From positions 1-45,189 of the IMG/VR virus record IMGVR_UViG_3300045988_017593: a stretch of 45,189 bases of DNA; one strand, 5' to 3'. Made by a program: the position numbers and the translations under genes. The DNA comes from a virus. Positions 1 to 9,136 of the stretch are shown in pieces. Within the stretch, counting starts at the first letter, position 1. Each line of letters begins with the position of its first letter. The notes beneath the pieces were generated by a model. It was not told the origin of the DNA, did no database searches, and saw only the letters and a program-made list of their open reading frames with translations.

Positions 1-99
1 ATACACCGACGCAGGCTTCTCCGTTTACTACGAAGGAGGTGACGCATAATGGAAAAGTGGCTTGACCTGAAGGGCCCCATCCTCGCCGACACCGTGTAC
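1..99. repeat. Exact 99-bp duplicate of 45091-45189 (circular-assembly overlap)
   Basis: Read directly: ATACACCGACGCAGGCTTCTCC...GACACCGTGTAC is present at both window ends. The repeat spans the sheath stop and the tube start. Confidence 0.95.
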
Positions 100-558
100 G
101 TCGACGGGAAACTGGTCGCGAAAGACGTGACCGTCACTCTGCCCGGCGTCACTCCCGTGACCGCCGACTTCCGGGCGATGGGCACCATGACCATGCCTAT
201 CCTCGGCCAGATCGAAGCTATGGAGGCAGCGATCACCAAGATCGGCATCGACCTCGGCCTGCGCACCCTCGTGAAGCTCGAGAGCAAAACGATCGAGTTC
301 AGATGGGCGCAGGACGTCAAGACCTCCGACGGCTCCACCAAGACCGAAGGCTGCAAGGCGTTTATCCGCGCCATGCCTAAGACAATCCCCGGCCTGTCCG
401 TGGATCCCGGCGCCGCAAGCGAGAACGAGCTCACCTTCGCAGTGAGCCGCTACCAGCTTTTCGTCGACGGGGCTGAGTTCTGGCTGATCGACCAGCTCAA
501 CCAGATCATGCGCATCGACGGCGTGGACTACTGCAAGACCATTCGCAGCCTGCTTTAA
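49..558 (+). CDS. Major tail tube protein (P2 FII-like)
   Basis: Lies directly after the sheath gene across the circular junction. C-terminus FVDGAEFWLIDQLNQIMRIDGVDY resembles P2 FII-type tube proteins. SD AGGAGGTGA lies upstream of the ATG. Confidence 0.8.
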   Translation: MEKWLDLKGPILADTVYVDGKLVAKDVTVTLPGVTPVTADFRAMGTMTMPILGQIEAMEAAITKIGIDLGLRTLVKLESKTIEFRWAQDVKTSDGSTKTEGCKAFIRAMPKTIPGLSVDPGAASENELTFAVSRYQLFVDGAEFWLIDQLNQIMRIDGVDYCKTIRSLL

Positions 559-565
559 CACTCGA

Positions 566-602
566 GGCGCCGCTCCATCACCGGGGCGGCGCTTCATTTT
601 TT
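566..602 (+). terminator. Rho-independent terminator or attenuator after the tube gene
   Basis: Stem GCGCCGC (567-573) pairs with GCGGCGC (586-592), followed by TTCATTTTTT. Confidence 0.55.
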
Positions 603-619
603 GAAAGGAGACAACACAC

Positions 620-1027
620 ATGGAAAAGCTGAAACTCGGCACCCCTCTCACCGTCAACGGCAAGAAGGTCAAAGAGCTGACCTATGACACCGGCGCGATC
701 ACCGTCGCCATGTTCGCCGAAGCTGAGGCCAGAAAACTGAAGGCCACCACGGGCAAAGCAGGCGGCAGCGCCGGTGCCTTCGAGCTGGACTACACGCTGC
801 ACATCTACCTCGGCATGATGGCAGTCATCGCAGTCAATCCCGAGATCGACATCAATGACCTCGAGCGCCTGACCGGCCCTGACGTCACTGCACTCATGAG
901 GATCGGCCGAAATTTTACTACTTCGAGGTCGGTGGAAACCTCCGAGGAAAGCAGCTCCGACGAGCCCTCCGAGACTACGGGCGAGCCTTCCACACTTCCC
1001 GGAGAGACCTCGAAGGAAAACGCCTGA
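620..1027 (+). CDS. Tail assembly chaperone (gpG/gpE analogue), zero-frame product
   Basis: Conserved position between the tube and tape-measure genes. Acidic Ser/Glu-rich C-terminus. SD AAAGGAGACAACACACATG. Confidence 0.7.
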   Translation: MEKLKLGTPLTVNGKKVKELTYDTGAITVAMFAEAEARKLKATTGKAGGSAGAFELDYTLHIYLGMMAVIAVNPEIDINDLERLTGPDVTALMRIGRNFTTSRSVETSEESSSDEPSETTGEPSTLPGETSKENA

Positions 1028-1143
1028 CCGACTTCCTGACGGAATACGGGGAGGCCGTAGAGGAGGCCAAGGAAGAACAAGCCAAGGCCGCCAAACGGCA
1101 CCAGATCCCCAATTATAAGGGCCGGAAAATCCGAAGGAGGTGA
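620..1143 (+). CDS. Tail assembly chaperone, -1 frameshift fusion product (gpGT / E+E' analogue)
   Basis: The -1 frame after 916 reads KFYYFEVGGNLRGKQLRRALRDYGRAFHTSRRDLEGKRLTDFLTEYGEAVEEAKEEQAKAAKRHQIPNYKGRKIRRR*. The otherwise non-coding gap 1028-1140 is explained by this extension. Confidence 0.5.
910..916 (+). promoter_or_regulatory. Candidate -1 programmed frameshift heptamer A_AAT_TTT
   Basis: Canonical XXXYYYZ sequence in the zero frame of the chaperone gene. The -1 frame is open from here to TGA at 1141-1143, directly abutting the tape-measure start. Confidence 0.55.
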
Positions 1144-1148
1144 CACAC

Positions 1149-3260
1149 ATGGCCGGAAAAAATAAAGTCCTTCAGGCCGTCGTGAGCTTCGCCGGCACCA
1201 TCGACCCCTCACTGGGGAAAGCGATGGAGGACGTCGCCGGACACCTCGAGAAGGTCAACTGGAAGGCCGTGGGCGTCGGTGCAGCGATGGGAGGCGTCGC
1301 CGTGGCGACCGGCAAGGCGGTCGTCGAGGCGGGCAAGTACCTCGCGGAGCTCGGCAACGACTTCAACACCACCATGAACGACCTCTCGGCCTCCACCGGC
1401 GCGACCGGCGCAGAGCTGGAGGCGCTGGGCGACGCTGTCAAGGGCGTCTACGCCAAAGGCCTCGGCGATGACTTCCAAGACGTCGCAGACGGTCTGGCGG
1501 CCACGAAAAAGGCCAGCGATCTGACCGGCGAGGCTCTGGAACAGGCAACCGCAGCCGGCTTCGTGCTGCGTGATACCTTCGACTACGACATCAGTGAGAG
1601 CGCCAGAGCAGCGTCGGCCCTGATGAAAAACTTCAACATCAGCGCCGAGGAAGCCTACGGCCTGATCGCGACCGGCGCACAGAATGGCGCCGACAAAAAC
1701 GGCGACCTGCTGGACACTCTCAATGAGTACAGCGGGCAATATGCCGCCCTCGGCCTAAGTGCCGACCAGTTTATGAGCTCCCTGATAGAAGGCGCCGACG
1801 CTGGCCTGTTCAGCATCGACAAGATCGGCGACGCTGTGAAGGAGTTCAACATCAGAGCCAAAGACGGAAGCGACAGCAGCCGCGAAGCCTTCGCGGGCCT
1901 CGGCCTGAACGCTGACGCCATGTTCGAGGCATTTGCCGCCGGCGGGGACACCGCAGAGGCGGCGTTTTTTGACACCGTGGAGGCGCTCAACGCACTCGAG
2001 GATCCCCTTCAGAGAAATCAGATCGGCGTCGCTCTGTTCGGCACGCAGTTCGAGGATCTGGAGGCCGGCGTGCTGCCGGTACTGGCGAACATCGAGACCG
2101 CAGCCTATGACGGCGCGGCAGCACTCGCACAGATCAACGACGTGAAGTACAACGACCTCGGCAGCGCCTTCGAGCAGATCAAGAGATCCGCAGAGGTGAC
2201 GCTGCTGCCGATGGCGTCCATGATCGCCAACACACTGACCGCACTGGCGCCGATCCTGACCGAGACCTTCGAGTCGATCACGCCGGTCATCACCGACACC
2301 CTCAACGAGTGTATGCCGTTCATTCAGGAGTTCCTACTGGGAATGGGCGACGCGCTGAAAGAGGTGCTCCCGCTGGTGGCAAAACTGGCGACGAGTCTCC
2401 TGCCGATCCTGACGCAGCTCATCAGCTCTCTGCTGCCACCGCTGCTGGATCTGGCGCAGCAACTACTCCCGCCCCTGATGGAGATCGTGCAGGCCATCCT
2501 ACCGCCCGTTGCGAGCATCCTCGCCACGATCCTGCCGATGCTGACGCAGATCATCTCGGCCGTCCTGCCGGTACTGACTCAGCTCATCACCAGCCTGCTG
2601 CCGGTCATCACGCCGCTGCTGGAGCTCGCGCTCCAACTGGTCAACGACGTGGTCATGCCGCTGCTGCCACCGCTGATGTCTATCGTCGAGGCCCTGCTGC
2701 CTCCCCTGATGGCTATCCTTCAGGCGCTCGTGCCGATCCTGACCCCGATCCTCAGCATCCTGCAACCCATCGCAGACGTCCTTGCCACGATCGTCGGCTG
2801 GATCTCCAAGGTGGTCGGATGGGTCGCTGACGGCCTCGGGTGGGTGGTCGGACTGTTCACCGGCGGCGGCTCGGCTCCCGAAGGCTACGCGACCGGCGGC
2901 TTCACAAGCGGCCCCTCTCTGGCCGGCGAGGATCCTCGCTACCCAACAGAGGCGGTCATTAGCTTCAACCCTGCATACCGCAGCGAAAACCTCGCCTACT
3001 GGGCGAGAGCCGGGCAGATGCTCGGCGCATCCAACGAGAGCGACTACGAGCTGCTGAGCGGCGGCTCCGGCACGTCCGTGGTCTACGACCTGAGCGGGCT
3101 GTCCTTCTCCCCGCAGATCAAGATCGAAGGTGACACCGACGAGGACGCCCTGATCCGCAAACTGCGCGAGCTGGAGCCGGAGTTTGTCGACTTCGTCCTC
3201 GAGGCTCTCAACAGAAGGGAGGGCGGCACCTATGTCACAGCAGACAGTCGGCTTTATTGA
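1149..3260 (+). CDS. Tail tape measure protein
   Basis: About 700 aa, Ala/Gly/Leu-rich, helical, at the canonical position after the chaperone. ATG 1149 preferred over GTG 1140 because AGGAGG lies at 1135-1140. Confidence 0.85.
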   Translation: MAGKNKVLQAVVSFAGTIDPSLGKAMEDVAGHLEKVNWKAVGVGAAMGGVAVATGKAVVEAGKYLAELGNDFNTTMNDLSASTGATGAELEALGDAVKGVYAKGLGDDFQDVADGLAATKKASDLTGEALEQATAAGFVLRDTFDYDISESARAASALMKNFNISAEEAYGLIATGAQNGADKNGDLLDTLNEYSGQYAALGLSADQFMSSLIEGADAGLFSIDKIGDAVKEFNIRAKDGSDSSREAFAGLGLNADAMFEAFAAGGDTAEAAFFDTVEALNALEDPLQRNQIGVALFGTQFEDLEAGVLPVLANIETAAYDGAAALAQINDVKYNDLGSAFEQIKRSAEVTLLPMASMIANTLTALAPILTETFESITPVITDTLNECMPFIQEFLLGMGDALKEVLPLVAKLATSLLPILTQLISSLLPPLLDLAQQLLPPLMEIVQAILPPVASILATILPMLTQIISAVLPVLTQLITSLLPVITPLLELALQLVNDVVMPLLPPLMSIVEALLPPLMAILQALVPILTPILSILQPIADVLATIVGWISKVVGWVADGLGWVVGLFTGGGSAPEGYATGGFTSGPSLAGEDPRYPTEAVISFNPAYRSENLAYWARAGQMLGASNESDYELLSGGSGTSVVYDLSGLSFSPQIKIEGDTDEDALIRKLRELEPEFVDFVLEALNRREGGTYVTADSRLY
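2394..2855 (+). repeat. 14 tandem in-frame 33-nt (11-aa) degenerate repeats inside the tape measure gene
   Basis: SLLPILTQLIS / SLLPPLLDLAQ / QLLPPLMEIVQ / AILPPVASILA / TILPMLTQIIS / AVLPVLTQLIT / SLLPVITPLLE ... IVGWISKVVGW / VADGLGWVVGL. Confidence 0.8.
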
Positions 3261-3456
3261 GTACACAGCACAGGGCGGCGACACGTTTGACAGCATCGCG
3301 CTCGCTGCGTACAACGAAGAACGAATGGCGAGCACGATCATCGCCGCCAACCCTGACCTCAGCGATGTCCTGATTTTTGAGGGCGGCGAGCTGGTGCAGA
3401 TCCCCATCGTGGAAGCTGTCACCACACCCGATACGCTGCCTCCGTGGAGGAGGTGA
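3232..3456 (+). CDS. LysM-domain tail protein (P2 gpX / PBSX XkdP-like)
   Basis: YTAQGGDTFDSIALAAYNEERMASTIIAANPDL...GELVQIP is a LysM-like motif. Follows the tape measure gene. Confidence 0.7.
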   Translation: MSQQTVGFIEYTAQGGDTFDSIALAAYNEERMASTIIAANPDLSDVLIFEGGELVQIPIVEAVTTPDTLPPWRR

Positions 3457-3461
3457 GCCCC

Positions 3462-4382
3462 GTGAAGATCCTATACGAAGGCGTCGACATCTACCCGGAG
3501 ATCAGCGTCCACCGCTGCTTCCACGATATGTACGCCGAGAAGCAGAGCGACGAGCTACTGCTGAAACTCAACGACACCCGGCAGCTATGGGACATCTGGA
3601 GCCCGAAGAAGGGAGACATCATAGCCGTCGAGGACGGGGCCGCCAAAACCGGCAAAATGTTCGTGGAGAGCGTCGTGCCCGAGTCCGGCATCGTGACCCT
3701 GCGGGCCTATTCCATGCCACAGTCCGCGAAAGACAAGCGGAGCAAGGCGTGGGAGAAGGTCAAGTTCCTGCAACTGGCGCAGGAGATCGCCGACCGGCAC
3801 GGCCTCACCCTCGAGACCTACGGCGTCACCGACCAGACCTACGACTACGTCGAGCAGAACAACCTCCCCGACTTCGCCTTCTTTCAAAACCGCTGCACCC
3901 TCGAGGGCGCGGCGTTTTTGGTCTATGACGGCAAGCTGGTGGTCTACGACGAGGCATACATGGAAGGACAGACGCCGGCCGACACCATCACCATCACGCC
4001 CGCCAGCAACTTCGAGTACAGAGACGAAGGCGCCAACGCCTACGGATCGGCCGAAGCAGTCAACGGGGGCCTGACCGGCAGCTTCTCGGCACCGGCAGGC
4101 GGCGACAAAAAGCTCCGCAAAGTCCTCCCGCTGCGCATGAGCGATCAGTCAGAGGCCGATCGCTTCGCCAAGGGGATCCTCCGGGACGCCAACAAAGGCG
4201 CCACGGTCGGCACTCTCTGGACGGGGGCGCTGCTGCGCGACTATGCAGCGGGCTCCGTCGTCACTCTGGCGACCGAGGGCGTGAAGTCGTGGGACGGCCC
4301 GGCCTTCATCAGCCGGATCCGGCACGACTACGTCAAGACGCGGAGCAAGCTGTACCTCCGCAAACCACTGGAGGGCTACTGA
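3462..4382 (+). CDS. Late control gpD-like tail/baseplate hub protein
   Basis: About 306 aa. Position and size match P2 gpD / XkdQ. GTG 3462 is preceded by GGAGGAGG. Confidence 0.6.
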   Translation: MKILYEGVDIYPEISVHRCFHDMYAEKQSDELLLKLNDTRQLWDIWSPKKGDIIAVEDGAAKTGKMFVESVVPESGIVTLRAYSMPQSAKDKRSKAWEKVKFLQLAQEIADRHGLTLETYGVTDQTYDYVEQNNLPDFAFFQNRCTLEGAAFLVYDGKLVVYDEAYMEGQTPADTITITPASNFEYRDEGANAYGSAEAVNGGLTGSFSAPAGGDKKLRKVLPLRMSDQSEADRFAKGILRDANKGATVGTLWTGALLRDYAAGSVVTLATEGVKSWDGPAFISRIRHDYVKTRSKLYLRKPLEGY

Positions 4383-4768
4383 TGAACAGCAACAATCAAA
4401 TGATCCAGAAGGGCACGATCTCCTCCGTGGAAGGAAAGACCGACCGAAACGGCGACAAGACCACCGCCAGAGTGCTGCCATGCACAGCTGACGGCATGGT
4501 CACGCGGCCGCTCACGATCCCGTGGTGGCTGCGAGGCAAGATGGGAAACCTGAAGCCCGACGACGAGGTCGCCTACGCCATGTTTGAGGACGGCACCGGC
4601 ATCATCCTCGCCCGCATGGACGGGGAATGGGACGGCACCGTCCCGGGTGACATCGAGGTCATCAAGGGCAGCGTCACCGTCACAGAGGGGGACGTGACTG
4701 CGACCGGCGTGAGCCTCAAGAGCCACACCCACACAGGCGTCCACGGCGAGACCAGTGGCCCGCACTAA
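4382..4768 (+). CDS. Baseplate assembly protein V-like spike
   Basis: 128 aa. Starts KGTISSVEG... and ends SHTHTGVHGETSGPH, typical of gpV-type spike proteins. ATG overlaps the upstream stop. Confidence 0.6.
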   Translation: MNSNNQMIQKGTISSVEGKTDRNGDKTTARVLPCTADGMVTRPLTIPWWLRGKMGNLKPDDEVAYAMFEDGTGIILARMDGEWDGTVPGDIEVIKGSVTVTEGDVTATGVSLKSHTHTGVHGETSGPH

Positions 4769-4780
4769 GGAGGCGAGCAC

Positions 4781-5332
4781 ATGGCCGTCATGGCATCGTG
4801 GGCCGGTAAGACGTGGGAGGTCTCCAGCCGAAAGGTCGCGGCGCTCAATGGCGTCTCGGCCACCGTCGAGCTCGACACCGAGAATACCGACGACAAGGCT
4901 GGCTCTCCTGCCACAAAGACCAAGGCCCTCAAACTTCAGACATTTAACTTCGACTTCGATCTCGCAACGGTCGCCGGCTGCGACCCTCGCAGCGAGTTCG
5001 ACTCGTGGACGGCTCTGGTGGGACAGTATGCGCCGTTCCATCTGGCCGGCAGGCGCTTCGGCCCTGCCAACCTTCAGCTCACCGCCGTCGCCCTGAGTGA
5101 CACAACGCTCGACGACTTCGGCAGGATCCTGAAGGGCAAGATCGCCATCACCCTCACCGAGTACGCAGAGGAGGCAAGCAGCAAGAAGGCAGGATCCGGC
5201 AGCGGATCCGGCAACTCTCCGGCGGGCGTCTCCGGCGGCACCGGCCCGAGGCTGAGCGCGGTCAACGTCGGGGCATCCAGCTCCGACAAAGCGGCGCACA
5301 AACCAAACAACACACAACTGACGGTCAAGTAA
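4781..5332 (+). CDS. Hypothetical baseplate-module protein
   Basis: High-GC3 ORF with an SD, located between the gpV-like and gpW-like genes. GSGSGSG low-complexity tail. Family not recognised. Confidence 0.5.
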   Translation: MAVMASWAGKTWEVSSRKVAALNGVSATVELDTENTDDKAGSPATKTKALKLQTFNFDFDLATVAGCDPRSEFDSWTALVGQYAPFHLAGRRFGPANLQLTAVALSDTTLDDFGRILKGKIAITLTEYAEEASSKKAGSGSGSGNSPAGVSGGTGPRLSAVNVGASSSDKAAHKPNNTQLTVK

Positions 5333-5346
5333 AGCGAGGTGATCCC

Positions 5347-5619
5347 ATGAAAGCAAGCGGCAACGGCAGGCCACAGACCTGCGTGCAAAATCTTCTCAAA
5401 ACCATCCGCGGCGAGGTGCCATACGAGCGCATCAAGGGGATCGACCGCACCCTGATCGACAAACCGAGCGAGCTGGCCGGCCCCGAGCTGGCTGCTGACG
5501 TGGAGTTCGTCGTGGAAACCTACGAGCCCCGCGTGAAGCTCGACAGCGCCGAGCTGGAGGCTCTGGCTGCCAAGGCTGGCAGCTTCGAGCTCGCAACCAG
5601 CATCGAGAACATCACATGA
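5347..5619 (+). CDS. Baseplate protein gpW/gp25-like
   Basis: 90 aa. LLKTIRGEVPYERIKGID... resembles the GPW/gp25 family. Located upstream of the J-like gene. Confidence 0.65.
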   Translation: MKASGNGRPQTCVQNLLKTIRGEVPYERIKGIDRTLIDKPSELAGPELAADVEFVVETYEPRVKLDSAELEALAAKAGSFELATSIENIT

Positions 5620-5633
5620 AGGAGGTGGAAACA

Positions 5634-7022
5634 ATGAGCGACGAGACCAACATCTACGGCGAGGACATCCATCTCACCGAGATCAACGCCTCCACCATCT
5701 ACAACACCATCATCACCATGCTGGAGAAGGGTGCCGGCGAGCCCCTCTATCCGGGCGACGAGCGCCGGATCTACGGCGAGGCCCTCGTGGCTGTGTTCGT
5801 GGCTCTATACAACACGCTCGACGACGTCGGCCGGCAGACCCTCCTCCGCTACGCAAGAGGCGAGGTGCTGGACGCCATCGGCGAGCGCCTCGACGTCAAG
5901 CGTCTGGAAGGCTCCAAGGCGGCCACGATCATGCGCTTCTCTGTGAGCACGCCGAGAGACAGCAACATCATCATCCCAAAATGGACAAAAGTGACGCCGG
6001 ACGGCGAAAACTACTTCGCCACCGACGAGATCGCTGTGCTTCAGGCGGGCAGCTACTCCGTGGAGATCCCAACCTCTGCCGTGAGCAACGGCGTGAAATA
6101 CAACGGGTACGCAGCCGGCACGATCACCACCCTCGTCGACCTGATCCCCTACATCGAAAGCGTCACCAACCTGACCGAGACAGCCGGAGGCGACGACGGC
6201 GAGCCATACACCAAGGACGGCGACGACCGACTCCGCGAGCGCATCCGACTGGCACCCGCCAAGAGATCCACGGCCGGCCCCGAGCTGGCCTATATCTACT
6301 GGGCCCTGACAGCGGACAGCTCCATCACCGACGTCAAGGCGGTCAGCGAGATCGAGGAGGTCGCCAAGACCGTCGCGGTCTATAACGATCACGCCTTCCT
6401 CGCCGGCCCGCTGGACGAGATGACGCTGGTGGTCAGGGCGAGCGAGAACGCCGAGCGGGCACTGCTGCTCACGGACTACACCTACACCTACGAGGACAAC
6501 CTGCTCACCATCGAGCTGATCGGCAACCTCGCGGGATCCGAAAGCATCTACATCGAGGTCGACAAAACCCTCGAGGGCTGCGTCAAGATAGTGCCGCTGC
6601 TGGAAGGCGGCCAGATCCCGGACGAGGCCATGCTGGAGAAGGTGCTGGAGGCAGTCAACGCCAAAGACATCAGGCCGCTCACCGACAAGGTCAGCGCAGT
6701 GGCTCCCGGCGTCGTAGAGTACGACATCGAGCTCGTCTACTACGCCACACCAGACACCGAGGCCGAAGTCATCGCTAATGTGGAAGGATCCGACGGCGCC
6801 ATCGTCCGCTATAACGAGTGGCAGACGGCGGCGCTCGGCCGAGACGTCAACCCCGACCAGCTCCGCAGGCTGATCCTCTCCCCGGCGTGGGCCGAAAACC
6901 TCAGCGGCGCGATCCGCGTCGACATGGTCAAGCCTGAGCACATGGCTGTCACCGACACGGAGGTCGCAAAGTTCAGCGGCAACCTGACAGTGAGCCATCA
7001 GAGAGTCACGGGGGTGGTGTAA
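5634..7022 (+). CDS. Baseplate J-like protein
   Basis: About 460 aa. Order W-J-I is conserved. ATG 5634 follows GAAGGAGG. Confidence 0.7.
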   Translation: MSDETNIYGEDIHLTEINASTIYNTIITMLEKGAGEPLYPGDERRIYGEALVAVFVALYNTLDDVGRQTLLRYARGEVLDAIGERLDVKRLEGSKAATIMRFSVSTPRDSNIIIPKWTKVTPDGENYFATDEIAVLQAGSYSVEIPTSAVSNGVKYNGYAAGTITTLVDLIPYIESVTNLTETAGGDDGEPYTKDGDDRLRERIRLAPAKRSTAGPELAYIYWALTADSSITDVKAVSEIEEVAKTVAVYNDHAFLAGPLDEMTLVVRASENAERALLLTDYTYTYEDNLLTIELIGNLAGSESIYIEVDKTLEGCVKIVPLLEGGQIPDEAMLEKVLEAVNAKDIRPLTDKVSAVAPGVVEYDIELVYYATPDTEAEVIANVEGSDGAIVRYNEWQTAALGRDVNPDQLRRLILSPAWAENLSGAIRVDMVKPEHMAVTDTEVAKFSGNLTVSHQRVTGVV

Positions 7023-7672
7023 TGAGGCTACACGAGGCTGAGATCCTGAAGCTGCTCCCCGCATGGATGCAGGAGGACGACGGCAACAAGGCGCTCGCAG
7101 CCGGCACGGATGAAACCACCAGAGCCATCACTGCACGCCTGAAGCTGCTCAGCAGATGGGACAAGATCGACCAGCTCAGCGAGGCAGAGCTCGACGAGAT
7201 GGCGTGGGAGCTCAATGTCCAGTGGTACGACAGCACCGCCAGCGTCGAAGCGAAGCGGGCCGTCATCCGCAACAGCGACCGCGTCTACTCCAAGCTCGGC
7301 ACCCGCTACGCGGTCGAGCAGATCGTGACCGACTACTTCGGCACCGGCGAGGTGCGCGAGTGGTATGAGTACGGCGGCAAGCCCCATCACTTCAAGGTGC
7401 TCAGCGACAACCCCGAGCTCGTCAACAACAACCTCGACCTGTTCCTGAAGCTGCTCGGCGTCGTAAAGCGCCGCAGCTCGTGGCTCGACGCGATCCTGAT
7501 CTGCCTGACCGGCGAAATGTATCTATTTTCCGGCATGGCCGTCAGGGATCACACCTACGAGGAGCACGTCATGGGCTGTGACGAGATCTATCTCTACCAC
7601 GCCACATTCGTCCACGATAACAACCGCGAGACCGTAACCATCGGCACCGGCGAGATCGTGGCGAGCGAATAA
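7022..7672 (+). CDS. Tail protein I-like (P2 gpI / XkdU-like)
   Basis: N-terminus LLPAWMQEDD...ELDEMAWELNVQWYD...AKR..I is typical of the gpI family. Confidence 0.7.
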   Translation: MRLHEAEILKLLPAWMQEDDGNKALAAGTDETTRAITARLKLLSRWDKIDQLSEAELDEMAWELNVQWYDSTASVEAKRAVIRNSDRVYSKLGTRYAVEQIVTDYFGTGEVREWYEYGGKPHHFKVLSDNPELVNNNLDLFLKLLGVVKRRSSWLDAILICLTGEMYLFSGMAVRDHTYEEHVMGCDEIYLYHATFVHDNNRETVTIGTGEIVASE

Positions 7673-7690
7673 CCAAGAAAGGAGACCCGC

Positions 7691-8440
7691 ATGGCTGCTT
7701 TTATCAACAACGACATCACAGTGGCCGGCCTGATCGTGCTCGCTAAGGGCGCGGCCGGCGAAAGGATCAACTACACCCGCATCGTCCTCGGTGACGGCTA
7801 CCTCGAGGAGGGCCAGACGCCCCGCTCCCTCACCGACGTGGTCAGCCCGAAGGCGTCCATCGACATCACGAAGCTGAAGGTCAACACCGACGGCACCGTG
7901 GCGGTCGGCGGTATTTTTACCAACGACCAGACGAGCGACGGCTTCTACTACCGCGAGCTGGGCCTGTATGCAGAGGATCCCGACCCAAACGTCGGCGAGA
8001 TCCTCTACTGCTACGGCAACTGCGGAGACCTCGCTGAGTGGATCCCACCCACCGGCGGCGCCACCATCGTCGAGAAAACCATCGACATCGTCACTGTGAT
8101 CGGAACGGCCACCAACGTGACCGCATACATCCCCGCGGACGCCTACGCCACCAAGGAGGACTACGAAAACTACAAGAGGATCGCCCTCGCTGCGCAGGAC
8201 ACAGCCAACAGAGCCATCGCCCTCGCCGAGCAGGCAGTCGCAATCGCTCAGGCAGCGCGTCAGGCCGTCACCGACCTGACCAAATCCGTGACGCAGAACA
8301 CCGGCAAGATCGCGACTCTGTGGGACGCTGTATTCAGCGACATCACGACCAACCCCTTCCAGATCACCTTCGTGGATCTGGATGGCATCACGCTGACCTC
8401 TGGCGTCTGGAACGCTTCGCTCCAGCGCCTCGAGTGCTAA
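7691..8440 (+). CDS. Tail fibre protein, N-terminal collar-type domain plus coiled coil
   Basis: ITVAGLIVLAKGAAGERINYTRIVLGDG...YRELGLYAEDPD...EILYCYGN resembles the P2 gpH N-terminal tail-collar domain. Only 249 aa, with no obvious receptor-binding domain. Confidence 0.7.
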   Translation: MAAFINNDITVAGLIVLAKGAAGERINYTRIVLGDGYLEEGQTPRSLTDVVSPKASIDITKLKVNTDGTVAVGGIFTNDQTSDGFYYRELGLYAEDPDPNVGEILYCYGNCGDLAEWIPPTGGATIVEKTIDIVTVIGTATNVTAYIPADAYATKEDYENYKRIALAAQDTANRAIALAEQAVAIAQAARQAVTDLTKSVTQNTGKIATLWDAVFSDITTNPFQITFVDLDGITLTSGVWNASLQRLEC

Positions 8441-8443
8441 GTC

Positions 8444-8698
8444 GTGAACGCCCACGGGTACATCCCGATCCCGCTGGCAGAAGCGTCCTGCATCATCGCG
8501 CACCTGTTTGTCGAGCTGGCCCAGCCCTGCTCCTGCTGCGAGCGGGGTGACGGCCTGATCGTTATTCAGGGCACCGCCTACGACGGCACCGGCGCGAGGA
8601 TCACCATCAAAGGCGAGGAGGTGAGATACTACGGCAAGCAACGGACACTCGAGGTCATACGAGCGGGCAAGTGTAGGCCGCCCGCCCTTCGGCCGTGA
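8444..8698 (+). CDS. Hypothetical small protein
   Basis: GTG-initiated 84-aa ORF with high GC3 but no clear SD. Confidence 0.35.
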   Translation: MNAHGYIPIPLAEASCIIAHLFVELAQPCSCCERGDGLIVIQGTAYDGTGARITIKGEEVRYYGKQRTLEVIRAGKCRPPALRP

Positions 8699-8711
8699 GA
8701 AGCTCCCGGAG

Positions 8712-9101
8712 ATGCAAGTCATCACGGACGCCAAGGATCTCGAGAAACACACCTACATCAAGACCCGCAACGCCAACATCTTCCCGAAGAAGGAGAGGCT
8801 CGGCCTCGCCCAAAGGATGATGAACGAAGCGAGCGATCTGGTCGCCGACCTCATGGAGGCCAACGATCTACTCCTCGCCGACCCGGAGGAGCGGGAGCTG
8901 CGTTTCCGGGCGCAGAGGTCAGCGCTGCGCAACTGCCGCAAGCTGATCCACCACATCGAGCTCGCGCACGAGATCCTCAGCGGGCTCGACGATGACGCCT
9001 TTGCCTACTGGGCGAGGATGGCGGCCGGCGTGAAAAACCAGACCGCCAAATGGTACAAATCAGACAGAGAAAGGGCTGCCAAGATGGTCGGCAAGACCTA
9101 A
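8712..9101 (+). CDS. avd: DGR accessory variability determinant (Avd, four-helix-bundle family)
   Basis: 129 aa, basic and helical. FPKKERLGLAQRMMNEASDLVADLMEAN matches the Avd-type FPK.E...L..Q..RA..S pattern. Lies immediately upstream of TR and RT. Confidence 0.8.
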   Translation: MQVITDAKDLEKHTYIKTRNANIFPKKERLGLAQRMMNEASDLVADLMEANDLLLADPEERELRFRAQRSALRNCRKLIHHIELAHEILSGLDDDAFAYWARMAAGVKNQTAKWYKSDRERAAKMVGKT

Positions 9102-9136
9102 AACCGCAGCCCCGTGGGGTACGCCTTGTTTTTTCG

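Noticed and set aside
2394-2855. A regular 33-nt periodic repeat array as a possible CRISPR-like or satellite array.
   Set aside because: The units are contiguous with no spacers, in frame and degenerate at DNA level, and they encode the hydrophobic 11-mer repeats of the tape measure protein.
8444-8698. A possible third DGR component or additional VR between the fibre gene and avd.
   Set aside because: There is no similarity to the TR. By eye, the GC-rich TR 3' end (GGCCTGCGCCCCGC) appears only three times in the window: TR, VR1 and VR2. The ORF is retained only as a low-confidence hypothetical.
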